Assembly: GCA_964453135.1 (NCBI GenBank)
Contig: CAYVOL010000001.1
Span: 24,895-88,894 of the forward strand
DNA: 64,000 bases
Direction: 5' to 3'
Origin: an uncultured Candidatus Saccharibacteria bacterium
GTDB lineage: Bacteria > Patescibacteriota > Minisyncoccia > UBA6257 > UBA9933
In this document: positions 20,995-30,691 of the stretch, piece by piece
Position numbering within the stretch: the first letter of the stretch is position 1
How the letters are laid out: every line of letters starts with the position of its first letter
Notes under the pieces: model-generated
The model's input: only the letters and a program-made list of their open reading frames with translations
Databases searched by the model: none
What the model was told of the DNA's origin: nothing
Made by a program: the position numbers and the translations under genes

Positions 20995-21815
20995 GGTAAT
21001 GGTTTATCGGCGTCCAATCTGAATCCGCTTGCCGCTTTGTGGCCGCCACCGCCATATTTTACTCCGATTTTAGAAACATCAAATTTGCCGTCCGAGCGGA
21101 GCGAAACATTAATCTTACCCGCCTTGCGAGCCCAGATAATAGCGGGTGCTTTTCTATTTTTCACAATCCAATTCCCTATTTCCGAACGCCAAATCGGTGA
21201 ATTAACAACATAAAATGTTTTATTTTCCAATTTTGCTTTTTCCGCGCCGCCCGCAATATCTTTCAAAATTTCATCCCGATATTTCAAAATCAATTTCCCG
21301 TCATTAATATACTTCTTTCTTTTTTGAGGATTTTCAAAATCCGCTACCATCTTATTAAATTTTTTGAAATCAAAACCGCTATGAATTTCTAACGTCAACA
21401 GCGCTTCTCTTGTGAAAGGCATTTTGAATTTCCAGAGATCAATGTCTTCAATATGCCGCAAAAGCCGCGGCGTCGGCTTGCCCGGCCAAAAATATCGCCA
21501 AGCCGCGACCGCCCCCGAATGATCGGCGCTGTAATAAAACTTTTTATAATCTTTCATTTCTTCAACCAAAGAAATATGATGGTCAATAATCGTAATATTG
21601 GGATTGGCCGCCAATAATTTTTCAAACTGCGGCCGATGATAGCAAAAGTCAATCAAAAAAATTTCCTTGCGATTTTTCAAGTCTTTAATTTTCGGCAAAG
21701 CGCGGTACTCAACGGCTTTATAATCCGCACGATTGCCGAATTTCTTCCGAGCAGCCCACGCGCCGCAAAAACCGTCAAAACAATTTTTATGATAAAGAAT
21801 TAAATATGGTTTCAT
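20982..21815 (-). CDS. DHH/DHHA1-family phosphoesterase (NrnA-like)
   Basis: DHH motif (IIDHHIS) and DHHA1 GGGH motif (KYGGGGHKAASGF). Confidence 0.65.
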   Translation of the reverse strand: MKPYLILYHKNCFDGFCGAWAARKKFGNRADYKAVEYRALPKIKDLKNRKEIFLIDFCYHRPQFEKLLAANPNITIIDHHISLVEEMKDYKKFYYSADHSGAVAAWRYFWPGKPTPRLLRHIEDIDLWKFKMPFTREALLTLEIHSGFDFKKFNKMVADFENPQKRKKYINDGKLILKYRDEILKDIAGGAEKAKLENKTFYVVNSPIWRSEIGNWIVKNRKAPAIIWARKAGKINVSLRSDGKFDVSKIGVKYGGGGHKAASGFRLDADKPLPWRK

Positions 21816-21816
21816 A

Positions 21817-23067
21817 TTATTCCAGCGCTTTAATTCCGGGGAGTTTTTTGCCGGATAGATATTCTAACATCGCTCCTCCTCCTGTGGATATCCACAGGCG
21901 CGGAATAACGCGGACTTGACGCTGAATATCGCTGAATTTATTTCTGCGTAATTCTGCGTGGTTTTCTGCGAAATTCCGCGCATCGTTTTGAAAAAACGAT
22001 GAGGTTTCGCCGCCGCCGATAACGGAAAACGCTTTTTGGTTGCCGATTATTGCCTTGGCAACCGCTTCTGACGCGCGGGCAAATTTTTTATTTTCAAAAT
22101 AACCCATGGGCCCGTTCCAAATAATAACTCTGGCTTTTTTAATTATATCGGAATAAAGGCGCGCGGTATTGGGGCCGAGGTCTAAAATTTTTCTTTTTTC
22201 CACCACATAATCAATCGGCAGAATAATTTTTTTACTTCGCATCAGCCGGCGCGCCACTCCTTTTTCGTCCGCTGTTTTATCGTAGATAGAATCGCCGATG
22301 GGCAATCCTTGAACTTTTAAAAAATTATGGGCAATGCCTCCGCCGATAAGAAAATAATCGGCGCTCCGCCGGCCGGTAGACAAAAAATTTTTAATCAATC
22401 CGATTTTGTCGGAAATTTTCGCGCCACCCATTATGACGACCAGGGGATGCCTGTGATTTTTCAAAACTTTATCAAGATTTTTGACTTCTTTTTCCAGCAA
22501 TAATCCGGCGTACGACGGCAAAAACTTAGTAATGGCGCAGACCGAGGAGTCAGCGCGATGGCTTACCGCAAACGCATCATTGACGTAAAAATCTCCCAGA
22601 GACGCCAAACGCCGAGCCATGGCAACATTTCTCCAATCATCACTTTCTTCTCCCAAAAAAAACCTGAGATTTTCAAACAGCAAGACACTTCTCTGGTCGT
22701 CTTGAATAATCCTTCTGATATGCGGCCGCATAAAATAAGAGTATTCCAGAAATCCCACATTGGTTTTTAAAATATTTTCCAATAATTTCACGAATGGCGA
22801 GAGAGTGAAATCAAAATTTTCTTTGGCGAATTGCCAATCTATATTCACGCCGCGTAATAATTTTTCCTCCTGATGGATGGGACGCCCCCGATGGCTCAAC
22901 AAAACTATTTTTACTTTGTTTTTAAGAAGAAATTTTATGGTCGGTAAAATCGCCTGAATGCGCAGATTGTTTTTATCCAGTTCGCTGTTTTTTATATTCA
23001 AATCTACCCTCAACAGGCAAATTTTTCCCTGCAAATCTTTTTTTGATAAAGAGGATAGGAGTTTCAT
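21817..23067 (-). CDS. pgk: Phosphoglycerate kinase
   Basis: LLRVDLN N-terminal substrate-binding motif. C-terminal STGGGAMLEYL. Confidence 0.9.
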   Translation of the reverse strand: MKLLSSLSKKDLQGKICLLRVDLNIKNSELDKNNLRIQAILPTIKFLLKNKVKIVLLSHRGRPIHQEEKLLRGVNIDWQFAKENFDFTLSPFVKLLENILKTNVGFLEYSYFMRPHIRRIIQDDQRSVLLFENLRFFLGEESDDWRNVAMARRLASLGDFYVNDAFAVSHRADSSVCAITKFLPSYAGLLLEKEVKNLDKVLKNHRHPLVVIMGGAKISDKIGLIKNFLSTGRRSADYFLIGGGIAHNFLKVQGLPIGDSIYDKTADEKGVARRLMRSKKIILPIDYVVEKRKILDLGPNTARLYSDIIKKARVIIWNGPMGYFENKKFARASEAVAKAIIGNQKAFSVIGGGETSSFFQNDARNFAENHAELRRNKFSDIQRQVRVIPRLWISTGGGAMLEYLSGKKLPGIKALE

Positions 23068-23735
23068 TTGTTAAATATCAATTCTTCAAAAAAATGTTTT
23101 TTCGACTTTTCCGCCAATTCTAATATTTCAAAAAATCCCGGAATAAATTTGCTTTTGAATTTCGCGGCGTTTGCCCACTGGCAGACGCCTTTTTCCGAGT
23201 CGCAAATCAAACTCCCTGAAAACTTGTCGGAAAAAAACACATGGCATAGCATATGCGAAACCAGTTCTTGGTCTTTGTAAACGAGCAGGTAAGCGTCTCC
23301 TTTATGCGACACATCCGCCAAAAGTCCGGTTTTTTCTTTCAATTCCCGCTTCGCGGCTACTAAGAAATTCTCCCCGAAATGAATTTTGCCGTAAGGGAAT
23401 CCCGCTAAGCCGTGAAACGGCTGACGCTTGTTGAAATACAAAAGATGTTCTCCATTATTATTTTTGATTATCAAAAGATTGACGATTTTTGGCTGAACAC
23501 GGTGTTCCACCGACGAGAAACTTATTTTATCAACGAAACGCAACCCATTGCCGGTTAGCTTATAGCCACCAACGACTTTTTCAAGCAATCCTTCTTTGAT
23601 TAATCGCTTCAAATGATAAACAAAAAGATTACTTTCCGCTCCGGATGGCTTCAAGTCGCGATATCTTACGATATCGCCCACGGCCATTTTCTTCAAGATA
23701 TATTTCGCAATATCCATAAAAACATGTTTAGTCAA
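23064..23735 (-). CDS. Winged-helix DNA-binding domain fused to a Nudix hydrolase domain
   Basis: N-terminal wHTH-like segment (VRYRDLKPSGAESNLFVYHLKRLIKEGLL). Nudix box GENFLVAAKRELKEKTGL. Overlaps the pgk start by 4 nt. Confidence 0.55.
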   Translation of the reverse strand: MTKHVFMDIAKYILKKMAVGDIVRYRDLKPSGAESNLFVYHLKRLIKEGLLEKVVGGYKLTGNGLRFVDKISFSSVEHRVQPKIVNLLIIKNNNGEHLLYFNKRQPFHGLAGFPYGKIHFGENFLVAAKRELKEKTGLLADVSHKGDAYLLVYKDQELVSHMLCHVFFSDKFSGSLICDSEKGVCQWANAAKFKSKFIPGFFEILELAEKSKKHFFEELIFNK

Positions 23736-23844
23736 TTAAATTTGACTCAACCCTATTTTGTCTTGAATCTCATTCTTTTACAACCTAATTTTATATTAGA
23801 ACATTAACACAAATCCAACAACCTTCTATTTGAAAGGGGATGCC

Positions 23845-24555
23845 ATGGAAATCCTAATTAGAAATCCCGAACTACCGGAAAAATGCGGCAAAGCGCGGAT
23901 CAGTTACGAAAATAATATCATCCAACCCTCGAGGAACGGGGAAACGATACACCTGCCCATAAAAGTAAAACATCAATATGCAGATGGATGCTTCATGGAC
24001 CTGCATCTCTTACAACAAAAGACGCAATTCCTTTTTTCTATAGCGCCGTACCATGGTAATGGCATTGTTTACGAAAGTGATCGATTGCTGTGGTTCGGAG
24101 GGACTGACGAAGAACCATTCCTGACAAGACTTAATCCGTATGCTCTATATGTATTTGAACAATGCGGAGAAAAAGGTTTCTTTGAGTATCTGAAGCCAAA
24201 AGAAATTGTAGAAATGGAATCTATAACCGGAAAAGGAACAAAAAGGCAAGGCGATATTTTCGCTATGCCCGTGCCGTTTCCTTGGAAGACAATAGAGACT
24301 ATGGCACGACTGATACGAGATGAAAGCGAGAGCCGGGGAGAACTAATGGAGACCGAGAAAGATGGCGTCAGTGTCTATGGCACCAGACATCGATTCACGG
24401 GCATCACAACATCCGTCCACATCAAGGTTGCCTCGCTTTCTCTCTGGATTTGTGAGGGCGTCCTTACGGCGCCGGATCATCAAGATTTAGAACTGAAAGA
24501 GCCGCATGCCTTATTCCAGGCGGCCAATCTCTTTGATCCGAAAAACGCCGATTGA
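23845..24555 (+). CDS. ORFan hypothetical protein (SD aaagggga, ATG 23845; ORF-track TTG 23830)
   Basis: No motif I recognise. Converges on the shared terminator at 24585-24615. Confidence 0.45.
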   Translation: MEILIRNPELPEKCGKARISYENNIIQPSRNGETIHLPIKVKHQYADGCFMDLHLLQQKTQFLFSIAPYHGNGIVYESDRLLWFGGTDEEPFLTRLNPYALYVFEQCGEKGFFEYLKPKEIVEMESITGKGTKRQGDIFAMPVPFPWKTIETMARLIRDESESRGELMETEKDGVSVYGTRHRFTGITTSVHIKVASLSLWICEGVLTAPDHQDLELKEPHALFQAANLFDPKNAD

Positions 24556-24584
24556 TTTTCGGCTGACTGGGATGAAACGAAAAT

Positions 24585-24615
24585 AGCCTCCACCAGGTAA
24601 TACCTGGTGGAGGCT
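24585..24615. terminator. Bidirectional hairpin terminator
   Basis: agcctccaccaggtaatacctggtggaggct flanked by A/T runs. Confidence 0.65.
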
Positions 24616-24638
24616 ATTATATTGCTTGCGAATTTCCC

Positions 24639-25112
24639 CTATTTCTTCCGCTCTTTCATATGCGGGATATCGAGAATCTTCGCGAAATAGACATCTGTCT
24701 CCTGCTCTTCTATTTTTTCCTCCTTTCTTGTTGTCTCCGTCTCCGTTGACGGAAGAGGCGAAGGTTTTTCGCTTTCCGTAGCGGCGGCATGCTGTTCCTC
24801 GCCTTTCTTTTCCCTCCTTTCAGCCAACACGCCGTCAAAATACTGTTTCTTTTCGGCGTAAAGCTGACTCTCACCGGCGGTCAAATCTTCGCCGGTTACA
24901 AGTTTTGTTATGACCCGCTCATTGGCAATCACCGACTTGCGGGCCTCCACTTTGGAATCGAGGCGATCCTTGTGGTGGGAGTAAAAATTCTGCTCTTCTT
25001 TCGTCAGTTCATTGCCCTGGACGATTTTTTCAACCACCGCCGAGTCATCCGGAGCTCCGCAACCCGCCAAAGCAAAAGCAAGAATCAAGCTCATGGCTAT
25101 GGTTTTTTTCAT
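24639..25112 (-). CDS. Lipoprotein with two internal ~25-aa repeats and an acidic C-terminus
   Basis: Lipobox LALAGC. Repeats EKIVQGNELTKEEQNFYSHHKDRL and TKLVTGEDLTAGESQLYAEKKQYF. Its start abuts the SPFH stop. Confidence 0.5.
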   Translation of the reverse strand: MKKTIAMSLILAFALAGCGAPDDSAVVEKIVQGNELTKEEQNFYSHHKDRLDSKVEARKSVIANERVITKLVTGEDLTAGESQLYAEKKQYFDGVLAERREKKGEEQHAAATESEKPSPLPSTETETTRKEEKIEEQETDVYFAKILDIPHMKERKK

Positions 25113-26366
25113 TTACTTCTTCTCCGGCGTTTTACCGCCCTTCACGCTCAGGTCCACCCCAAGCGTTTTGGCGGCCTGTATAGTCAGCAAATCCATCATG
25201 CTGGCTACGGGCTGTCCGGGCGCATACGTTCCATTGGCCCCGCCCATGACGATTTGCGGAGTCCAGTTTTGCTTGCCAAACTCCTGAGCAAACCTGCCCA
25301 TTACCCGCTCCAGAGTCTCAAGCTTGAGAGCCAGGGCGCCATCCGCCTGCATAATCAGGCGGCGCTTCTCGCCCTCACCCTGACCGAGCAAGATATCCCT
25401 TTGTCTGGTGAATTCGGCCGCCTCTTTGTCAAGCTTGGCGACCTCCTTCCTTTGCTCGGCTTCAGTAACCGCTTTCGCCTTCAGAGCTTCCTGAGTCCAT
25501 TTGGCTCTAGCGGCCGCCGCCTGGCCGTCTTTCTCCGCGGTAATCGCGGCCTGTTCAGACTTTTTCGCCTGGGCGATAGCCGTCTGAACTTGCATAATTG
25601 CGTCTTGTTGCTGCTTAATCTGCCCCTCAACAATTTCATCGTACAGCACCTCATTTATTGAGGGATTGAAAACCCGGATGCCGAACTCTTTAAGCGGCGA
25701 TTCGTCCGCACGAATGTAATTGCCGCTTTTGTCGCGCATCAACTGCACGATATTGACCGTTTTCATCTGACCGGTCATCTGATCAGGAACTCGTTGCTGG
25801 ACCGTTTCAGTCCGGTAGATCCCATTCTGGACCTGGTCCTCAATGAACGTAAGAAGCTCGTTGCGGCGCTCCGCATACGACTCCTTCGAGCTCATCAAAG
25901 GGCCGGTCATGTACACGGCTTTTTCAACCACCGTGCGAATTAGTTGCTGTTCAACCGCACGCTCAGTCTTGTACTTACTGAGGAGCTTGTACAAATGCCC
26001 CTCATCAATCGGCATCTCCCATGAGATTGACCCGGAGATGCGGGCATGGCCGCCGTCATTAAAGCGAATTTTGATTGACTCGTCCTGCTCCTTTCCCTGG
26101 TCCCCCTTAGAGGAGAACCAGAATTGAGTCCGCTTGTGAAAGCGTGTTACGGTAGCGAGCCACTGGGTATACGGCCCCTGCTCCGTTATCCATCGAATAT
26201 TTCCGGTTGGGTATTGAAGCGAAACAATTTCTTCCGCCCCTACCCATATAATCATCTTGAAAGCGGATACAATCAAAAGTACCGCCATCAAGATGCCAAC
26301 AATTCCGGCAAACATCTTCTTCCCGCTACTAAAAAAGTCGCTCTCCACGTCTTGCTCCTTTCGCAA
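25113..26366 (-). CDS. SPFH/band-7 (prohibitin/flotillin-like) domain membrane protein with a C-terminal coiled coil
   Basis: N-terminal TM, SPFH-like core, Ala/Gln/Lys-rich heptad segment (AIAQAKKSEQAAITAEKDGQAAAARAKW...). GTG at 26348 preceded by SD aaaggag is an alternative start. Confidence 0.6.
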   Translation of the reverse strand: MRKEQDVESDFFSSGKKMFAGIVGILMAVLLIVSAFKMIIWVGAEEIVSLQYPTGNIRWITEQGPYTQWLATVTRFHKRTQFWFSSKGDQGKEQDESIKIRFNDGGHARISGSISWEMPIDEGHLYKLLSKYKTERAVEQQLIRTVVEKAVYMTGPLMSSKESYAERRNELLTFIEDQVQNGIYRTETVQQRVPDQMTGQMKTVNIVQLMRDKSGNYIRADESPLKEFGIRVFNPSINEVLYDEIVEGQIKQQQDAIMQVQTAIAQAKKSEQAAITAEKDGQAAAARAKWTQEALKAKAVTEAEQRKEVAKLDKEAAEFTRQRDILLGQGEGEKRRLIMQADGALALKLETLERVMGRFAQEFGKQNWTPQIVMGGANGTYAPGQPVASMMDLLTIQAAKTLGVDLSVKGGKTPEKK

Positions 26367-26396
26367 TAATTTGATTTTTTCGTTAGCTTCTTCGCG

Positions 26397-26663
26397 CTAC
26401 TTTTCTTCCACTCTTTTTTCTTTTTTGCCTACGCTCCTCCTCCTTTGTTTAAGAGCCTCCTGTAAATCGGCAACCTTCTCCCGCGTCGCCAGATCCGCCA
26501 TTTCTTCCTCGGCTTCTGCCAAGCCCTTCTCCGATTTCTTGAAAATCCAAAAGAAGGGTTTACTGGAGAAAGCCGGATACACCACCTGGCTGACCAAAAA
26601 CGACGCCAGCACAAGGACCAAGACGATTTCTGCGACTTCCACAACTGCCAGCATCAATATCAC
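26397..26663 (-). CDS. Small single-pass membrane protein (operon partner of SPFH)
   Basis: 88 aa, N-terminal TM, charged tail. 4-nt overlap with the upstream transglycosylase gene. Confidence 0.35.
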   Translation of the reverse strand: MILMLAVVEVAEIVLVLVLASFLVSQVVYPAFSSKPFFWIFKKSEKGLAEAEEEMADLATREKVADLQEALKQRRRSVGKKEKRVEEK

Positions 26664-27337
26664 CCCCTTTCCACTTCTATCTTATTGGCTTTCTTTACCA
26701 CTTTCTCCCCGTACCTCCGCAAATGCCTTTTCCAGTGCGAGCCGGCGTAATACTTAGCCGCCGCGATCTTTTCAGCGCGAAACGAACCAGTGTCCGCTCC
26801 GGCGTTTCTAAGATAAAGCGCGGTAGCCAGGAAGGCGTCTCTGTGTCTCCATGGAGAGGGATGTTTGCCTGTAAGAAAAGCGATCTGGCCGCTGTATTCC
26901 GCCCAAGTTGACGGGATAAACTGCGCCGGCCCCATTGCCCCTCCATAAGTTCCGTCGCGGGCAATGGGACAAGAAACCGGAATCGTATCTGGATTCAAAC
27001 CCGATTCCCTGACAATTTCCAGAAATACAGGAATATCGCGCGTCGGGTGCATAGCAGTTTTATAATTGCACTTACCCATGCTTTTCCCCAACGTTGACTC
27101 GCGGTCCAAAACCGCCAGAATCAAGGCGGCGCGAACTCCGGTTTTCGATTCGGCAAACTTGGCGAATTTATAAGCGTCTTCAAACTTAAGCTCTCCGCCG
27201 CCGATAAATTCAAAAGTCTTATCCACCCTTTCCTTTTCTACCCAAATCATAGTCGCCATAAAAGCGACAATAATCACAATTAAAGCCGCCAAAGCGGAAG
27301 CTACCTTTGGGAATATCTTCTTGGCAATTGTTGTCAA
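26660..27337 (-). CDS. Membrane-anchored MltB-like lytic transglycosylase (SLT_2-type domain)
   Basis: [14 protein letters not shown], the family-3 lytic transglycosylase motif. SD aggagg plus TTG start. Confidence 0.6.
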   Translation of the reverse strand: MTTIAKKIFPKVASALAALIVIIVAFMATMIWVEKERVDKTFEFIGGGELKFEDAYKFAKFAESKTGVRAALILAVLDRESTLGKSMGKCNYKTAMHPTRDIPVFLEIVRESGLNPDTIPVSCPIARDGTYGGAMGPAQFIPSTWAEYSGQIAFLTGKHPSPWRHRDAFLATALYLRNAGADTGSFRAEKIAAAKYYAGSHWKRHLRRYGEKVVKKANKIEVERG

Positions 27338-27586
27338 TGTAATTTCCTCCTAATTCTGATAAAAGTTGTTCTTTTTGTTTTTAGAGATGTCTATTCTTAT
27401 TCTATTGTGAAGGTACTTATTCAGGCCGAAAAGTCAGCGGCCCGAATATTTTAAGCAGCCGCCCCATGATAAATCGCAGGGAATTTGCTTCCTCGTATTT
27501 ATCCATAATTTGATTAAATTGTCAAATTAATGTAAAATTATAATTTAAATATTTGGATTATGGTGTGCCTTTCAAAACTACTGCGA

Positions 27587-29005
27587 CTAAGCGTTTAAGG
27601 TATTTATATCCTGCTGGAATTCGTTGGCTTTCGTGACGGCTTTTTCTCCGTAGCTCCACAGATAATTTCTCCAGCGGGCGCCGGCGTAATATTTAGCCGC
27701 GGCAATTCTCTCGGCGTTAAACGAGCCCGCATCCGCTCCGGCATTTTTCAGAAAAAGAGCGGTGGCCAAAAAAGCATCGATATTTTTCCAAGGGGACGGA
27801 GGATTGTCGCCGGTAAAAGAAGCTATTTGGTCGCTGTATTTTGTCCAGGTGGAAGGAAGAAACTGCGCCGGACCCATTGCGCCGCCGTAAGCGCCGTCGC
27901 GAGAAATGGGACAAGAAACCATGGTCGTGTCCGGATTCAAATCAAGCGCTTTGGTGATTGCCAAAAAAATGGGAATGTCGCGCGTCGGATGCATGGCGTC
28001 TTTATAATTACATTTCCCCACATTTTTCCCCATAGCGGACTCGCGGTCCAACACCGCCAAAACCAGGGCGGCGCGCACGCCGGTTTTTGATTCGGCGAAC
28101 TTGGCAAATTTATACGCGTCTTCAAATTTCAGTTCTCCGCCGCCGATAAGTTCAAAAATCCTGCTTCTTATTTGTGCAGCAGTTTTTTGTGTTTCCGCCA
28201 GAATTTTTTTATACTCCGATTCTTTCCCTTTGGTAACTGTCAGCAGATTATTTTTTTCTTCTTTTGTTTTTTGGATAGAATTTTTTTGCTCTTCCTGGTA
28301 GCTTTTCAAAACCAGGGCGTCGTTTTTTTTCAAAGCCAGCTGTTCTTTCTGGTCCATCAATTCGCCGCGCAAACTGTTTAATTCCTGGACCGCCGCCCCT
28401 AATCTTTCCTGAGTGCTGTTAAGATGGCTTATTTCGTTAAAAGCGTCGGAGATTTTATTATTGGCCAAAATAACCGTGGCGATGTTCTCATTGTTTTTCT
28501 GATACATTTCCTGAAGAAGGAGAGAAATTATTTTTTTCTTGACGGTCATCTTGTCCTCAGTAGAGGTAATTTGGGATTGGGTCTGAACAAGGTCTTTATC
28601 CAGTTTTCGCAAGGTTAAGGTGACGGCTTTTATCTGCAGGCTTAATTTGGCAATTTTGTCGTTTAATTTTTTAATTTCCGACTGCAGGCTGTTGCCTTGT
28701 TTTTTGTATTCTCCGATTTTCTTTTCGTATTCATTCATCTGGCTTTCTAGCTGAGCCAGTTGAGCTTCCAGGGCTTTTCTTTCTTCGGAATTATTGGCTG
28801 ATTGAGCAGCCATAACTCCTCCGCTCGTGGGGGCCAGCACAGAATTAAGCACGAAAGAAGCAATAAAGAACAAAACAAAAAAAACGCTTAAGATGTTTTT
28901 AAGCGGCACTCGGATTACTTTTTGATAATTAAGATTTATCTGGCGAGGGTGATTATAATAGGAACTTCCTTCTTTTTTGATATCCCGAAGAATTTTTTGT
29001 CTCAT
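27587..29005 (-). CDS. TM anchor, ~250-aa coiled coil and C-terminal MltB-like lytic transglycosylase domain (paralog of 26660..27337)
   Basis: The C-terminal 190 aa align to the upstream paralog at about 70-75% aa identity ([14 protein letters not shown]). The N-terminal region is heptad-rich (LQSEIKKLNDKIAKLSLQIKAVTLTLRKLDKDL...). Confidence 0.65.
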   Translation of the reverse strand: MRQKILRDIKKEGSSYYNHPRQINLNYQKVIRVPLKNILSVFFVLFFIASFVLNSVLAPTSGGVMAAQSANNSEERKALEAQLAQLESQMNEYEKKIGEYKKQGNSLQSEIKKLNDKIAKLSLQIKAVTLTLRKLDKDLVQTQSQITSTEDKMTVKKKIISLLLQEMYQKNNENIATVILANNKISDAFNEISHLNSTQERLGAAVQELNSLRGELMDQKEQLALKKNDALVLKSYQEEQKNSIQKTKEEKNNLLTVTKGKESEYKKILAETQKTAAQIRSRIFELIGGGELKFEDAYKFAKFAESKTGVRAALVLAVLDRESAMGKNVGKCNYKDAMHPTRDIPIFLAITKALDLNPDTTMVSCPISRDGAYGGAMGPAQFLPSTWTKYSDQIASFTGDNPPSPWKNIDAFLATALFLKNAGADAGSFNAERIAAAKYYAGARWRNYLWSYGEKAVTKANEFQQDINTLNA

Positions 29006-29043
29006 AACGAAAGCTCATAACAAAAACTGGGACAATTAAACAA

Positions 29044-29688
29044 TTACTCGCTGGATTCCTTGCCCTTCTCTTTCTTTTTCTCTTCTCCTTCCACCTTGAC
29101 GTCTTCTACGCTCGCCGCCGCCGGAGCCGCTTCTTCTTTGGTTTGTTCAATAATAGTAGCAACCGCCGTATCGGGGTCAAGAAAGATTTTAACTGCTTTA
29201 GGAATAGCGAGGTCTTTAATGTAAACGCTATTGTGAAGCTCGGCCAATTTTTCCAAATTCACCTTTATGGCGCCGGGCAGATCAGCCGGCAAAGATTCCA
29301 CTTCAATTTCTTTCTTCAGTTTGACCAAAACGCCGCCTTGCTTTACCGCCGGAGATTCTCCGGTAAATTCCAAAGGAACTTTAGTTCTGATTTTTTCGTC
29401 CATTCTCACCGCGTAAAAATCAACGTGCCGCAATTCCCCGGTTAGCGAATCAAGCTGGACGTCGTAAATAAGCGCCGGAAATTTCTGGTTTTCCAGCACT
29501 AAATTTATCACCGTATTCTCGCCCGCTTCCTTGAAAACCTTTTTAAAATCCTTAGCCGCGATGCTCAAATGGCTGTTTTCTATATTGTGGCCGTAAAGTT
29601 CTGCCGGCGCCAGCCCGTCTTTCTTTAATGCTTTAACCGCTTTCCCGAAAATATCTCTTTTTTGAACTGTTAATTCCATAGCGGCCAT
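29044..29688 (-). CDS. rplY: 50S ribosomal protein L25 / general stress protein Ctc
   Basis: MELTVQKRDIFGKAVKALKKDGLAPAELYG N-terminus plus C-terminal Ctc extension. Confidence 0.8.
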   Translation of the reverse strand: MAAMELTVQKRDIFGKAVKALKKDGLAPAELYGHNIENSHLSIAAKDFKKVFKEAGENTVINLVLENQKFPALIYDVQLDSLTGELRHVDFYAVRMDEKIRTKVPLEFTGESPAVKQGGVLVKLKKEIEVESLPADLPGAIKVNLEKLAELHNSVYIKDLAIPKAVKIFLDPDTAVATIIEQTKEEAAPAAASVEDVKVEGEEKKKEKGKESSE

Positions 29689-30557
29689 TATACCATTCTA
29701 TTGAATAATTTCAAGCGCCGCGAAACAACTTCTTTAATTTCTTCGACGGCCTTGGGCAAAATTTTATACGGCGCCACTTCTTCAGGATTTTCTTTCAGAG
29801 CCGCTTCTATCCCTTTGCGCCAAGCCAAACGAAGCTCCGTGTTGATATGGACAATAGACGCTCCGGCTTCAATGGCTTTGATAAAATTCTCGTCGTCTGT
29901 TCCCGAGCCGCCGTGAAGAACCAATGGGATGCCGGCCGCTTTTCTAATTTCCCCTACTCTTCCCGCGTTTAAGGTGGACTTGGGCGCGCCGACAACCATG
30001 CCATGGAAATTGCCGACCGCCGGCGCCAGCAAATCAACGCCAGTTTCTTTTACGAATTCCGCCGCTTCTTCTGGCTTGGTCAAATCTTCCGGTTTAATAG
30101 CCGCGCCCCGAGGGATTTCTTTCAAAATCGCGGAGCTTGATCCAATATAACCCAATTCCCCTTCCACCAGAATTTCCGGATTAACGCTTTTGGCGCATTC
30201 CACCACTTCTCTGGTTTTTCTGATATTTTCTTCAAGCGGCAATTTTCCTCCGTCAAAAAGCACCGCGTCAAAGCCGGCCTCAACCGCTTCTTTTATTTTT
30301 TCCAAAGAATGCGTATGGTCGGCGTTGATAAAAATCGGCCAGTTAAATTCTTCGCGCAAACTTTTTACCATCAAAGCCGCGCGCCGCGTTCCCATAAATT
30401 CCCGCTCTCCTTCGGACAAACCGATAATAACCGGCAAATTTAAATCCTGCGCCGCCGCAAAAATTCCTTTTAGAGCCGCGAGCTCGGAGATGTTAAAATG
30501 ACCGACAGCGGTTTTTTTCGTTTCGGCATTATGAATGGCTTCCAAAAGTGAGGTCAT
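29688..30557 (-). CDS. fba: Class II fructose-bisphosphate aldolase
   Basis: HFNISE, ADHTHS and LHGGSG motifs. Confidence 0.85.
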   Translation of the reverse strand: MTSLLEAIHNAETKKTAVGHFNISELAALKGIFAAAQDLNLPVIIGLSEGEREFMGTRRAALMVKSLREEFNWPIFINADHTHSLEKIKEAVEAGFDAVLFDGGKLPLEENIRKTREVVECAKSVNPEILVEGELGYIGSSSAILKEIPRGAAIKPEDLTKPEEAAEFVKETGVDLLAPAVGNFHGMVVGAPKSTLNAGRVGEIRKAAGIPLVLHGGSGTDDENFIKAIEAGASIVHINTELRLAWRKGIEAALKENPEEVAPYKILPKAVEEIKEVVSRRLKLFNRMV

Positions 30558-30691
30558 AAAATTAAAACTTTTTTATAATCCCGCGCCGACCAAAAATACG
30601 GCGAGATATTTTTTATTATATCAGAAAATCCTCATGGCGATAATCGCTAACTTATATTTCTTGCGGATAATTTATGGCCGGATTTCGCGCT

